A stretch of DNA of 64,000 nt from Prorocentrum cordatum (Eukaryota): positions 1 to 64,000 of the forward strand of contig CAUYUJ010000178.1 in assembly GCA_963575745.1 (NCBI GenBank), given 5' to 3'. The first letter of the stretch is position 1, and each line of letters opens with the position of its first letter. The notes below the pieces were generated by a model. It searched no databases, was not told where the DNA came from, and worked only from the letters and a program-made list of their open reading frames with translations. Shown here in pieces: positions 11,458-24,656 of this stretch. The position numbers were made by a program, and so were the translations under genes.

Positions 11458-13413
11458 GCTCGGGGGGAGGGAGGCCAGGGGGGGAGGGAAGGGGGGAGGG
11501 GTCCCTCCTCCTCCTCCTCCTCCTCCTCCTCCTCCTCCTCCTCCTCCTCCTCCTCATCCTCCTCCTCCTCCCTCTTCCTCCTCCTCCCTCCCTCCTCCTC
11601 CTCCTCCTCCTCCTCCTCCTCCTCCTCCTCCTCCTCCTCCTCCCTCCTCTCCCCCCTCGTCCTGCTCCTCCTCCTCCTCCTCCTCCCCTCCTCCTCCTCC
11701 TCCTCCTCCTCCTCCTCCTCCTCCTCCTTCTCCTCCTCCCCCCTCCTCCTGCTCCTCTCCTCCTCCTCCTTCTCCTCCTCCTCCTCCTCTCCGCCTCCTC
11801 CTCCTCCTCCTCCTCCTCTCCCCCTCCTCCTCTCTTCCTCCCTCCTCATCCTCCTCCTCCTGCTCCTCTCCTCCTCCTCCTCCTCCTCCTGCTCCCCCCT
11901 CAACCTGCTGCTCCTGCTCCTCCTCCTCTCCTCCTCCTCTTCTTCCTCTCCTCCTCCTCCTCCTCCTCCTCCTCCTCCTCCCCCTCGCTCCTCTTCCTCC
12001 CCCTCCCTCCTCCTCCTCCTCCCTCCTCCTCCCTCCTCCTCCTCGTCCGTCTCCTCCTCCTCCTCCTCCTCCTCCTCCTCCTCCTCCTCCGCCTCCTCCT
12101 CCTCATCATCATCAGGGCCGGCCGTCGAGGAAGATCAGCCTCGAGCGGCATCTCGGTGGCACGCCCCGCGGGGGGGACTTAGAGGTTCGAGGTTCGAGGC
12201 TCGAGGCGGTGTTCATTGTTTTCGGCCTCCGGGGGCTGTTTTCGGCTCCCCGGACCCCCGAAACGCGATCCACGGTGAAAAGCCGCGTCGGGCGAACCCT
12301 GGGAGGGGTCGGGGGAGCGATTTTGACCGACATTCGGCGGCGCACCTGGGGGAGAAGTGAGGGGGAGGCTTTCTCAGGAGGCGGCGCGCCTTCTCAGAAT
12401 CCCTCCGGCCTTCTGAGGAGTTCCCTGGGACTTCGGGGGAGGCTTAGAAGACTAAGGCCGGAGGACTTACGAGCCTGCTGTGAAGGCCCGCCCCCTCTCA
12501 CTTCCCCCCCGGGCTGGCCGCCGAAACAGGGGGACCACGACCAAGATGCCTCGGGATCTTGTCGTTGCCGATCTTGGTCATGATCTACGTCGGGCGCCGC
12601 CGGCTTCCGAGGACGAGCCACGAAATGGCGTCGACTAAGATAGCCTGTGACCAAGTCCTCCCTCCTCCTCCCTCCTTCTCCTCCACCCACTCCTCCTTTC
12701 TCCTCCCTCCTCCTCCTCCCTCCTCCTCCTCCTCCTCCTCCTCCTCCTCCTCCTCCTCCTCCTGCTCCTCCTCCTCCTCCTCCTCCTCCTCCTCCTCCTC
12801 CTCCTCCTCCTCCACCTCCTCCTCCTCCCCTCCTCCTCCTCCTCCTCCTCCCCCTCCTCATCCTCCTGCTCCTCCTCCTCCTCCTCCTCCTCCTCCTCCT
12901 CCTCCTCCTCCTCCTCCCCCTCCTCCCCTCCCCCCTCCTCCTCCTCCCCTCCTCTCCTCCTCCTCCCTCCTCCTCCTCCTCCCCTCCTCCTCCTCCTCCT
13001 CCTCCTCCTCCTCCTCCTCCCTCCTCCTCCTCCTCTCCTCCTCCTCCTCCTCCTCCTCCTCCTCTCTCCTCCTCCTCCTCCTCCTCCTCCCTCTCCTCTC
13101 CTCATCCTCCTCCTCCTCCTCCTCCTCCTCCTCCTCCTCCTCCTCTCCTCTCTCCTCCTCGTCATTCTCCTCCTCCTCCGCCTCCTCCTCCTCCTCCTCC
13201 CTCCTCCTTCCTCCTCCTCCTCCTCCTCCTCCTCCTCCTCCTCCTCCTCCTCCTCCTCCTCCTCCTCCTCCGTCTCCCTCTTCCCTCCTCTCTCCTCCCT
13301 CCTGCTCCTCCTCCCTCTTCCTCATCCTCCTCCTCCTCCTCCTCATCCTCATCATCATCATCATCATCACATCATCATCATCATCATCATCATCAGCAGC
13401 ATCATTATCCTCC

Positions 13414-13461
<48 letters not shown>

Positions 13462-13474
13462 GCAGCAGCATCAG

Positions 13475-13505
<31 letters not shown>

Positions 13506-14087
13506 TCGTCATCATCATCCTCAGCATCAGCATCAGCATCAGCAGCAGCATCATCCTGATCATCATCATCAGCAGCAGCAGCATCATCATCATCTTCAGT
13601 AGCATCATCATCATCCTCAGCATCCTCATAATCATCATCATCATCGTCATCATCAGCATCATCAGCATCATCATCAACACCCCCCCCCCTCCTCCTCCCC
13701 CTCCTCCTTCCTCCTCATCCTCCTCATCCCTTCTCATCTTCCTCCTCATCCCTCCTTCCTCCTGCTCCTCCTCCCATTCCTCCTCTTCCTCAGTTCTCAT
13801 CCTCCTCCTCCTCCTCCTCCTCCTCCTCCTCCTCCTCCTCCTCTTCGTCCTCCTCATCCTCCTCATCTTCATCCTCCTCGTCCTCCTCCTCCTCTTCCTC
13901 CTCCTACTCCTCCTCCTCCTCCTCCTCATTCTCATCCTCCTCCTCATCCTGCTTCTTCCTCCCGCCTGCTCATCCTCCCACTCCTCCTCATCCTCCCTCC
14001 CTCCCTCTCTACCTACCTCATCCTCCCTCATATTTCCTGCCTCCTCCTGATCATCATCAGCAGCATCAGCATCGTCATCATCATCAG

Positions 14088-14143
<56 letters not shown>

Positions 14144-14228
14144 ACAGCATCATCATCATCATCAGCATCATCATCAGCATCAGCATCATCATCAGCAGCA
14201 GCAGCATCCGCATCATCATAAACATCAG

Positions 14229-14266
<38 letters not shown>

Positions 14267-14345
14267 GCAGCAGCATCATCATCATCATCATCAGCATCAG
14301 CATCATCATCATCAGCATCATCATCATCATCAGCATCAGCATCAG

Positions 14346-14420
<75 letters not shown>

Positions 14421-15322
14421 CATCCTCATCCTCAACCTCCTCCTCCTCATCTCCCTCCTCCACCTCCTCCTTCTCCTCCTCCTCCTCCTCGTCCTCCTCC
14501 TCCTCCCTCCTCCTCCTCCTCCTCATCCTCCTCCTCCTCCTCCCCCTCCTCCTCGTCCTCCTCCTCCGCCTCCTCCTCCTCCTCCCTCCCTCCCTCCCTC
14601 CCTCCCTCTCTCCCTCCTCCTCCCTCCTCCCTCCTCCTCCTCCCTCCTCCCTCCTCCCTCCTCCCTCCTCCCTCCTCCCTCCTCCCTCCTCCCTCCCTCC
14701 TCCGTCCTCCATCCTCCATCCTCCATCCTTCCTCCTCCCGCCGCCCTGACGCCCAGTGAGGGAGTGGAGAGCCACGCTGGCACTCCACCGCCCTCACAGG
14801 GCCCTGTGGCCCCCCCTCCTTGGCCTCCCGTGGGGCTCGGAGTGTTGATCCAGCGGGCCCAAGCCGAAGGCCACCAGACGGCGCGCCTTCAAGCAGTAGT
14901 ATTTGGTCGGATGTGCGCAAGGTACGCCACAAGCCGATGGATGGGTCTTAGGACCAGCGGTCCAGGGTGAACTCCTCGGGTCCTTGCTGGGCGTTTGTAC
15001 CGATTGGCAGGGCAGACACCCCACCACGAACCAGAGTATCGGAGGCCTCAGATTGCCCAGGACAGGCCTGGGATGAAGGGCACCTCCGTTTTCGAGCGTA
15101 GTCGCCTCGCCTTCGGCCGATTCGACTATCCGTTGCGAGCGAATCCTCAGCGAATCCCTCCTCCCTCCTCCTCCTCCGCCTCCTCCTCCTCCTCCTCCTC
15201 TTCCTCCTCCTCCTCCACCTTCTCCTCATCCTATCCCTCCTCCTCCTCCTCCTCCTCCTCCTCCTCCTCCTCCTCCTCCTCCTCCTCCTCCTCCTCCTCC
15301 TCCTCCTCCCTCCTCCGACGAG

Positions 15323-15485
15323 GTGTCCCATCACCATGGAGAGGATCGTGGAGCCAGTGCGGGGCAGGAACTGCCAGCACCTGCAGTGCTTCAGCCTCGA
15401 GGCGTACCTGACCAGCAACCGGCAGATGAGGGCGTTCAACAACCGCTGGGCTTGCCCGGTCTGCAGCCAGCGCACTTGGCCGGAG
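15323..15485 (+). CDS. SIZ1: SP-RING (zf-MIZ) zinc finger exon of SIZ1/PIAS-like SUMO E3 ligase, exon E
   Basis: CPITMERIVEPVRGRNCQHLQCFSLEAYLTSNRQMRAFNNRWACPVCSQRTWPE matches the CP...RI..P.RG..C.HLQCF....W.CPVC signature of the MIZ/SP-RING family. AG at 15321-15322, GA donor at 15486. The symbol is family-level; orthology was not tested. Confidence 0.92.
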
Positions 15486-15796
15486 GACCTTTGCTCCCCC
15501 CTTCTCCTCCCTCCTCCTCATCCTCCCTCCTCCACCTCGTCCTCCTCCTCCCTCTTCCTCCTCCTCCCTCCTCCTCCTCCTCCTCCTCCTCCTCCCTCCT
15601 CCTCCTCCTCCTCTCCTCGTCCTCCTCCTCCTCCTCCTCCTCTCCTCCTCCTCCTCCTCCTCCTCCTCCTCCTCCTCCCTCCTCCCTCCTCCTCCCCCTC
15701 CTCCCTCCTCCCTCCTCTCCCTCCTCCCTCCTCCCTCCTCCCTCCTCCCTCCTCCCTCCTCCCTCCTCCCTCCTCCCTCCTTCCTCCTCCTCCCCC

Positions 15797-15831
<35 letters not shown>

Positions 15832-15912
15832 CTCCTCCTCCTCCCCCTCCTCCTCCTCCTCCTCCTCCTCCTCCTCCTCCTCCTCTTCTTCCTCCTCTCT
15901 CCTCCTCCGGAG

Positions 15913-16009
15913 GACCTCTGCCACGACGCCTATGCGTCGCGCGTGCTCGAGTCGGTTCCAGACGGCGTCGAGGAGGCCGTGCTCTCGCCAGACGGCAAGT
16001 TCACTTATC
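15913..16009 (+). CDS. SIZ1/PIAS-like SUMO E3 ligase, exon F (3' end uncertain: 15994 or 16009)
   Basis: DLCHDAYASRVLESVPDGVEEAVLSPDG(KFTY) matches the post-RING L..D.Y...IL......V.EV....DG motif. Candidate donors are GCAAGT at 15995 and GTGAGA at 16010. Confidence 0.75.
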
Positions 16010-16904
16010 GTGAGAGGCTTACGCCGTTCTGACGACCTTCAATATAGGTAAGGGAAGAGGGATCGTCTGACCTCCACGGCCAGATGCCTCGGGCAGGGCA
16101 AAACGCATCGTGACTCCTCGTTCTCGCGGACTCCAAGTCCGCGAACGCAGGAGCCAGAGCCAATTGGCCACAGCGAGCTGAGCACCAAACGACGAGAGCG
16201 AGCTGCATGCCGCGGTCCGTTTTTCGAGCCGCGTCCAGGCTCCGATGATGACACGCCTCCCTGGCCGTGCCGCCCCAAGCCACCCGAGAGGTGTACCGCT
16301 CCCTCGGGCGACACCACACCTCCACGCCCGCCATGGCGGGGCACCCTGGCCGTGGGAAGGAAGGGTGTGGGATCCCCCGCGAGGCCCCCGCACCGGACCC
16401 GCCTCCCGCCCAGGCGCACGCGGGGTACGTGCCGGGCCACCGCGAGGGAAGGCAAGGCGACGAGGGAGCAATTTTCCTCCTCCTCATCCTCCTCTTCCTA
16501 CTCCTCCTCCTCCTCCTCCTCCTCCTCCTCCTCCTCCTCCTCCTCCTCCTCCTCCTCCTCCTCCTCATCCTCCTCCCTCTCCTCCTTCCTCTCCTCCTCC
16601 TCCTCCTCCTCCTCCTCCTCCTCCTCCTCCTCCTCCTCCTCCTCCTCCTCCTCCTCCCTCCTCCCTCCTCCCTCCTCCCCGAGGCCCCCAACAGGCAAAC
16701 AGGGGTCACGAACCGGCTGCTGCCCGCCTGTCTTCTCTGGGAAGGGGGCCCAGTGGCACAAGTGCCGAAACAAGGGAGGAGGAGAAGGAGGAGGAGGAGG
16801 AAGAGGGGAAAGACGGCAGGCGCTGATGATGATGAGGAGGAGGATGCTGATGATGATGACGACGATGACGATGATGATGACGATGACGATGACGATGATG
16901 ATGT

Positions 16905-16940
<36 letters not shown>

Positions 16941-17009
16941 TGATGATGGTCGTGATGTTGGTGATGGTGGTGATGGTGGTGATGGTGGTGATGGTTGTGG
17001 TGGTGGTGG

Positions 17010-17089
<80 letters not shown>

Positions 17090-20000
17090 CTGAGGAGGCG
17101 GAGGAGGAGGACCAGAGCAAGCCCAAATATGCACGAACGATGTTGCAGTACACCCGCCCGCGCTGCTCACTGGTCCCTATATACTCCAGATTTCGTAATA
17201 AAGGAAGGGGGTCTCATTTCGGGGGGGGTCTCTTCCAGGCTATCTTGGAGGGCCTGGGGGGTCTGGGGACGATGTTTTGGAGGGTTTTCCCACGGGGGAG
17301 GTCTGAAATGGCTTGTCTTGGAGGGTCCAGACCCCCTCCCTTGCCACTTCAAGAAGCGCCCCTTCGGAAGACCAGTGCCATCTGGGCCTGCCATTCAGGC
17401 GAGAACCCCGATTTCAGAGGACCTCACTGCCCCCCAGCACCTCTCCAACGAGTAAGAAGCATGCAAGAAGGCATGCTCCTCCTCCTCCTCCTCCTCCTCC
17501 TCCTCCTCCTCCTCCTCCTTCTCCTCCTCCTCCTCCTCCTCCTCCTCCTCCTCCTCCTCCTCCTCCTCCCTCCTCCCTCCTCCCTCCTCCCTCCTCCCTC
17601 CTCCCTCCTCCCTCCTCCCCACACGAGTAAGAAGCATGCAAGAGGGCATGTGGTCACTCAGCTGCACGGGGCCTCCGGCGAGACGCCCGCGTGGAAAGAG
17701 GGCCGCCCCGCCCGTGCAGTTGATGCACAACCTGTCACTCTGTCATGAACGCCCTGGCATCGCTCGGACGTGTGCGTTTCTTCCTCGGCGAGGACCATCG
17801 AGGAGCATCCTTGACCATTTGCCGAAACAACCACGCACGAAACCGAAAAAAACAGGGAATGGACGTCCGAGCGATGCCCAGACGCCGGGTACAGGGTCTG
17901 GCTTGAATAAGGCACACTTACTTTTCAAAAGGGGCTCGGTCGTTCCTTTGGTGTGCATGCGCTCCGCTACCTGTTTGGCGGCGAGTCCCCCTCGGTGTTC
18001 CTTCGGACTTCGTAGACAGACTTGGAACAAAAGGAGCTTCGTTACTTATGTATCGTTCCTTAGGTCAGGCCGAATACTGTAAGTCTCCAACGAGGCCCCG
18101 CGTTGAAACAGGGCCGCCCTCCTCCCGCGCAGCTGCACCCTACGGTCAAGCCTGTGGCCCCTAAACTCCTTCTCCTCATCTTCCCATTCCTTCAGCTCCT
18201 CCTCCTCCTCCTCCCCGTTCTTCACCTCCTCCTTTTCCTCCTTCCTTCTCCTCCTCCCCCTGCTTCTCCTCCTTTTCCTCCTTTCTCCTCCTCCTCCTCC
18301 TCCTGCCCCTCCTTCACCTCTTGCAAACGCCCAATGTCGACAAGGAACCGCCCTTCAGCAGTGAAGCTTCTGCATATGTTCGTGCCTCTGTCGACAATAC
18401 TTCAAGACGCCCCGTGCGAACGACCCCAATTTGAAACGGGCCCCGTCACCCCTGCAGCAACTGCAACAATTTACGCTGTGGTGCGCGGCGCTCAAGGGAG
18501 AGTTTTATTTGAAAACGGCCAGCCTGCCTCGTTGAACCTGTTGCAAACGTTTGAGACGAATGCGCGCAACGCCAAGGCGACAGCCCCAGTGTGAAAACGA
18601 CCCGCTTTCCAAGTTCGAATGTGTTGCAATTGATGTTGAGCGAACGTACACGTCGCTAAGGCGCGAGCTCCATTTTGAAAACTACCCCTCATCCGTCCTT
18701 CAAGCTGAGGCGAGAGCTCCATGCCGAAAGCGGCCCGCCCTCCGCCTTCGGGGCGGATGCAGACTTGTGAGACGAGTGCGCGTGGTGTAAAGGCGATTGA
18801 AAACGACTCGCCCTCCATCTTCAAAATGGCTGCAGATGTCCAGCGTCAGGGCCGGGAGTGGCAAGGACGACTCGAGCGATACGTCCGACCATCCCTACCG
18901 GCACAGCTGGGGGCGTGACAGGGAGGAGCGATTCAGAAGGAAAAGACCGCAGACGACTACAATGCCCTGCGTCGTTCTCGCTCGATACACTCACACATCT
19001 GAACTGTAGGAAAGTGTGCGTCGTGATTTCCTACAATTTGTTCTGCGCGGGCTCGGCTCGGTGTCACAAAAACCAGATTCCCAACATCGCCGTTAGCGCG
19101 GCCTTGGAAAGGGGTGGAGGAGGAGGATGGGGAAATGTGGACCAGTGAAAACCCAAGACGCGTCAAAGATGTTGCAATCTACACCTTCCCTCCACGCTCT
19201 GCATAGGTCAGTACGGCAACTTGTGTTCATTCCAAGCAGTGGCCCATGAGAAGGCGACCGTCAGAAAACCATCAACCCTGCTAAAGCACAATACCTGGAA
19301 ATTCAACGCCGCGGATTAACGTGACCGCTGCGCCATGACAGTCCTAAACCGCACCAAAACGCAAATCTTGCGATTTCAACACAGCGAACTAACATGACTG
19401 TTGCGTCCTGACAGTCCACAATCGCGCCAGAACACCATTCTTGGAACATTCAACGGTACGAACCCATGAAACCGCTGCAAACTGTTACGGCGAATGTTCG
19501 CGGCGCTCAGGCGAGAGCCACAGTTTGGAAACAGCCCCAGATCCATCCGCTAAACTACTGCATGCTGAAAAGACGAACGTGGGCGGCGCTATAGCGAGAG
19601 GAGCCACCCTCCATCCGTGAAGTTGCTGCAATATTTCGCGAATAATGCGCACGGCGCTAAGGCGAGAGCCACAGTTTGAAGCTCAGCCGCCCTCCATTCG
19701 TTCAACTGCTGCAGACTATTTGGACGAATCTGCGCGGCGCTCCAGCGAGAGCCACAGCCTGCAAACGAACCGCCCTCCATCCGGGGAGCTGCTGCAAACG
19801 TGTACGAAGAACGCGCACGGTGCTCAAGCGAGAGCCGCATCCTGGACACGAAGAGCCATCCATCGCTGCGGCTCTTCGTGTTCAGGATACAGAGTTCAAG
19901 ATGCGGCCGTCTCAGCGATGCATGAAGGCGCCATGGAACAAAAACTATGGCGCTGGGGATCTTGGGAAGGAGGAGGAGGACGAGGAGGAGGAGGAGCAGC

Positions 20001-20223
20001 ACAAGGAGGACGAGGAGGAGGAGGAGGAGGAGGAGGAGGGAGGAGGAGGAGGAGGAGGAGGAGGAGGAGGGGGAGGATAGCTGGTGGCCCGAGCCGCCCA
20101 GCGAATGAGGATCGCACCAGCTTTGTAACTCTCTCACTTGTGAAGATTTCTGGCCATGGATGTCTTCTATTGAATGAGGGAGGCGGTGACAGCTGGTGGC
20201 CGAGGGGGAGCTCGACGTGCGCT

Positions 20224-23200
20224 ATGGCCTTTCTTCGAGTGGCGCAGTACAATCCATGTTGCTGTAACACGCTCGTGCGCGCGCAGGACATAGCCAACGA
20301 ACTTGTGCATCGTGACGCTATTGTGCTCATTGGGACACAACTCAGAAGTAGGATAGGCATGATGGAGTACACGTATCGCGCAGGTGAGTATCTCTGCATC
20401 CCGTTCGGATATCGCTCAGGGGTTCACTCGAATCGGTCATGTGGCATCACTTTCATGCTTCGTGCGCGAAAATTTCGAGAGCACCACATCAAGAAGGTGT
20501 TCAACATACCGACGCCCTTGTGGGGGAGGTGTGCAGCGCTTCGCATTGTGCAGGGAGAGATGAGGCTTGTCTTGATCGGTTTGTACTTCCCACCACGTCA
20601 CACTCGCAGGGAAGATAGGATCAGGGACGAGAAGACCGTTACAAAGATGGTCGCGTGGTTGAGTGAGGTGTTGCACAAGCTGACGTCTCACGACACCGTT
20701 TTAATCTTCACGTACTTGAATGATGGATTACGGTATGATGATGAATCAACATGTTGTGGCATGTACAGTACAGGGGATGAGCACTACACGACTAATATGG
20801 TGCGACCTCTTGTGGATGGCATGCATATCACTTCGTACGGCACGCACTTTCGCATGGCACCTAGCTACATAGGCGAGCATCACAGTAAGACCATTGACCA
20901 CATCATGGGGTGGCAGTCGATGTTGGGAGCAGTTGAGGAAGTACGCACACTAGCAGCAGCAGGACGCAGATTACAGTTGCATCATATTGGACGGCCATTC
21001 GATCATAGACCAGTGCAGTTGACTGCGTTCGTCCAGCTTGATCACCAGCAGCGCAGAGACAGGACTGAGAGGCCAAATCAGGAGGCCATGCACTACGCAC
21101 TGCAGACGGGGCACATGAGACAGGAGTTTTTCGCGGCAGCACATCACAGGCTCGAGAACGCTTATCTTGATTTGCATTTGTTGGCGTATCGAGGCGACGT
21201 GGAGGGCGTCACCACGCGCACTTTTGAGATATTCAATGCCGCTGCCATGGAGGTGCTCACACGCACGCCGTACTTCACAGAGGATCACAGGCAGCACGTT
21301 GTGCGCATCAGTGAGCTTCTTGCATATAGACGGCAGGCTAGAGACGCTTATTATCACGGGCTGTGGCATGAAGAACAAGAGTTGCAGTTGAGTCTTGAGA
21401 TCGTCCGATCCAGCCGGCGTATTCGAGCTGCATCGCGATCGTACTGGAGAGTTGTTCGAGACAGACGTGTGGAGGAGATGGCTACTGCTATGAAACAGGG
21501 CGACACCCACGCTGTTCATAAGTTGTCACGCTTGATCGCTGGCAGACATAGGGGCCCCAGACAACGACAGTACAGAGTTCTGGCAGTCTCGGCGGCCTCA
21601 GCGAGAGAGTGGCAGCGCAGAATGATTCTTCCTGGGCGTCAGGGTGGTTGCAGTGCCGTGGAGACTACTGATACTGAATTGCTTCAGCGCGTGCATGATA
21701 GATCACTTCAACGATGCAGTGTAGAGTTGTCTTGGGAGTATGCTTTAGATGATTGGAAGCAGATGTGCCGACGTGTGTGGCGCATGAAGCTATGGCGCAC
21801 GTGGCCACCGTGGAGCTTGCCAGTCGAACTTCTTCGCATGATTCTGCATCCCAAGTGGGTCAATCCTCGACGACCCATAGTGGGAGCAGGAGTTGGCCAT
21901 AGCAGTGAATTCACGCTGTTTGGTGCCAGTCAAGTTGCCAGTCGTCGCTTATTGTTTGCCTTTCGAAGAGCTGGGCGCCTACCAATTCAGATGCACAAGG
22001 CATTGGCGCGCAGGCTGCCCAAGAATAATTTCAAGGAGAGTTGTGACGGGGAGAGGATTATCATGGTCATGTGTACGATGGGTAGATGCCTTCAGATGTC
22101 ACTTATATTGCATGAAGACGCACCAGCATATACATATCCCGCATGGTGTCAGGGGGGACTTCGGAGGAGGAGGAGGGAGAACGCCATCATCACACAAGCA
22201 TGTACATCATGGAGACTTAGGAGAGCACGTATCAGTCACCTCAGTCGGTTTCATGATAGCACGAATGCGTTATACTGTATTCCCTTCGAGCGCATCCTCG
22301 AGGTGCTGCCGAAGTTTTCTCGTCAATGCGATCTTCAGTACGCGCGAGATCGAGTGCTCAGTGTATCGTTTGTGCTGATGGACCCGCATGATGAGATACG
22401 CATGCGGCCTGGCATGGGGGTGTTTCCTGGCGATCACGCTGCTACCAAAATCTGCATAGCAGCGTATGCCGAAGCCCTGACAGACACGCAGAAGCATGGG
22501 TGGCAGCAGGAGGTACGGGACGAGTATTGCACGGGTGCATGTATACTTACTGGCACGCGCACGCAGATAGGCATCACGACGTTTGTGGACGACATAGGGG
22601 ACAAGGTGGTCATTGGGGAGGAGGGGGTCACGGTAGCAGGACGCACTCAGAACGAGCACATCACACACGGCATGGATAAGTGTGGAGCGTGTCAGAACGT
22701 AGGCAAGCAGGAGAGTGTTCCGCATCTTTGTGGCCGTGGCGCCCACGCGATAGAGCGCCAGCTGATGACGGGGATGATGAGGGTGGAGGGCCAGATCAGA
22801 TCGTCCGCACGTTATCTTGGCACCAGGATTTCCGCCAGTCTCAGCTGTCAGACAGAGATTACTTATCGCGTCGCTGCCGTGGAGCGGGCCTGGTTTCACA
22901 TGCATGGCTTCTGGGCGAGTGACGCGCCGTTCAGATTGCGAGTTCGAGCTTTTAGAGGATACCTTCTCAACGCCAGTCTAAGTGGAGCTGAGACCTTAGT
23001 GGGAAAGGGAGGGCCTCTTAGTGAACACGATGCACACACAGTTCAAAGCAAACTCATAAAATATGCCAGGGCGGCGTTGAAGGGCACGATGGAGGAGGAG
23101 GGGGCACATGCTAAGCAGATGTCGGGGTTCCATGTACTTAAGAAGATGGGTAGCCAGCTATCTCACGGAACTACGTATACGACGTTTGAAATGGTTGCAA

Positions 23201-23900
23201 GCTGCATGTAAACATCCCAGTACGCATGTGCAAGTTATGGCATCAGTATTTGGGGAAGTGGGAGGACACAGAGTGGTGGATGAGGAGGGGCATCTTTGTG
23301 ATGACGCTAATCCGTGGGCCAAGCAATGGTGGCAAGACCTATTGTCGATGCATGTGTTTGAAGAAGGACAAGCACTTCTTGAACAGCAGGATTTTAATTT
23401 ACTTCGGATCCTGACTGATGGTGCTGAAGATTTCTGCAGAGTTGATCGTAGGCAGCTTCGGGTGCATTATCTCCATTTTGAACCCCAGGCCAAACATGAT
23501 CAGCATGATGAATAAAAACCTTATCAGCGTATGCTAAAGAACGCGGATGGCACACAGTGTACTGCACGGTTTGCCACATGTACGCAGCTTCACACACATC
23601 AAGCACATGCGTTGGGAGGGGAACATGGTATAGGCAACTATGCACGACGGCTCACGATCACGAACATGCGCCCCCTCTGCTCCACGGTGTTTTCCGACAT
23701 CAATGCTGCACGAGCGCACATGGCGAATAGCATTGCACGAAAACGATGTCGAGCCGACGGTAGTTATCGCACTCACGGCATGATCGAGCTCGATTGTAAT
23801 GAGCGCCCTTTGTGTCTCAAGCAGTTTGACGCCACACTGGAACTCGCGCGGCATACCAAGCAGCACTTGTCTGAGTTTCTGGATCCTGACTACTATGTCG
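20224..23900 (+). pseudogene. pol-like ORF of the non-LTR element: APE endonuclease, reverse transcriptase, three C2H2-like fingers; disrupted
   Basis: APE motifs LRVAQYN, LIGTQ, GLYFPP, TIDHI, DHRPV. RT motifs GVFPGD, FVDD, RYLG. Frameshift near 23140-23160 and in-frame TAA at 23513-23515. C/H finger motifs at 23522-23870. The 3' end is approximate because this frame stays open to 24805. Confidence 0.88.
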
Positions 23901-24656
23901 ACTTTCTTACTGCCGGGTGTGACTGGGTTAGAGCAGCGATCGAAGAAGCAAAAAACGCAGAGCGAGCAGAAACCGAAAGCCGACGACGACAAAGTCAGGG
24001 ACCAGTTGCCATGCCAGCTAGAGAGCAGAATTCGCCGACTCGAGAGGGACACCAGCACCAGCCTGATGATCCCAGAGGAGCACCCCATCGCGTCGGCGCG
24101 CAGCGATGCGTATCTCGAGTACATAGAAGCAGCGAAGTCGAAGGAGGAGGGGGAGAAGAAGGACAGGGGCGGTCCAGAGTTGCAGGTCTTTTACGCTCTA
24201 GTGAAAGGCTTAGAGAATTACAAGCTCGCGGATTCGTCGTTGGTGCCAGGCCAGCTCGTGATGAAGCGTGTGCGCGGGATGATGGAGAAGGGAGGGGTCG
24301 ACGAAGCCAGCTTGTGGGTCAAGGGGTGCGAGATTCTCCCCATGTACAGCGGAGACCAGAAAAAGAAGATGCGCCTCCTTCTCCACATCGAGGGCACCAT
24401 ACTCGTTCATGTATCCAAGGAGGCGGAGGAGGAGCATCAGAAGAAGACGGAGGAGGCAATCCAGAAGGGGGAGTTCGGGGTCGTGCAGCTGAACCCTCTC
24501 GAGTTCGCGGGGGAACACGCGGGGAGGGGCAAGATCGTGGCGCTCCAGGCATTGTTGGTCCGATTGCTTCGCGGCGCTGGGGTGCAGCAGCAGAACGGCA
24601 GGGCTCCGAAGGGGAACATGGCCAGAAGGGTGAAGGGCAAGGGAAAGGGAGCGTGA
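23895..24656 (+). CDS. Intact 253-aa ORF of unknown function inside the retrotransposon, downstream of and overlapping pol
   Basis: ATG 23895 to TGA 24656 with no stops, protein-like composition and GC3-rich codons. Ends in a basic tail GRAPKGNMARRVKGKGKGA and lies within the TSD-defined element. Confidence 0.65.
   Translation: MSTFLLPGVTGLEQRSKKQKTQSEQKPKADDDKVRDQLPCQLESRIRRLERDTSTSLMIPEEHPIASARSDAYLEYIEAAKSKEEGEKKDRGGPELQVFYALVKGLENYKLADSSLVPGQLVMKRVRGMMEKGGVDEASLWVKGCEILPMYSGDQKKKMRLLLHIEGTILVHVSKEAEEEHQKKTEEAIQKGEFGVVQLNPLEFAGEHAGRGKIVALQALLVRLLRGAGVQQQNGRAPKGNMARRVKGKGKGA

Larger units (their letters stand above)
11503..17620. repeat. Cluster of long (CCT)n, (CAT)n and (GAT)n microsatellite blocks surrounding exons D-F
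   Basis: CCT at 11503-12102, 12656-13345, 15157-15316, 15500-15908, 16476-16680 and 17476-17620; CAT at 13345-13680 and 14050-14420; GAT at 16823-17090. Similar blocks at 2.1-2.6, 9.0-9.8, 28.7-29.3, 36.9-37.2, 38.3-39.7, 57.5-58.2 and 60.8-61.0 kb. Confidence 0.95.

Noticed and set aside
8632..17748. Many long poly-Pro/Ser/Leu/Glu/Arg/His ORFs (also at 38.3-43.8 kb and 57-58 kb)
   Set aside because: They are translations of stop-free CCT/CAT/CTA microsatellites in several frames at once; there is no evidence of coding.
20095..20125. HDV-like ribozyme suggested by GCGAATG
   Set aside because: The P1/P1.1/P2/P3 pairings could not be identified by eye; it is kept only as a generic hairpin.
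19645..20223. N-terminal extension of the 1188-aa ORF
   Set aside because: It lies mostly outside the TSD, in satellite and GGA repeat. The endonuclease begins at ATG 20224.
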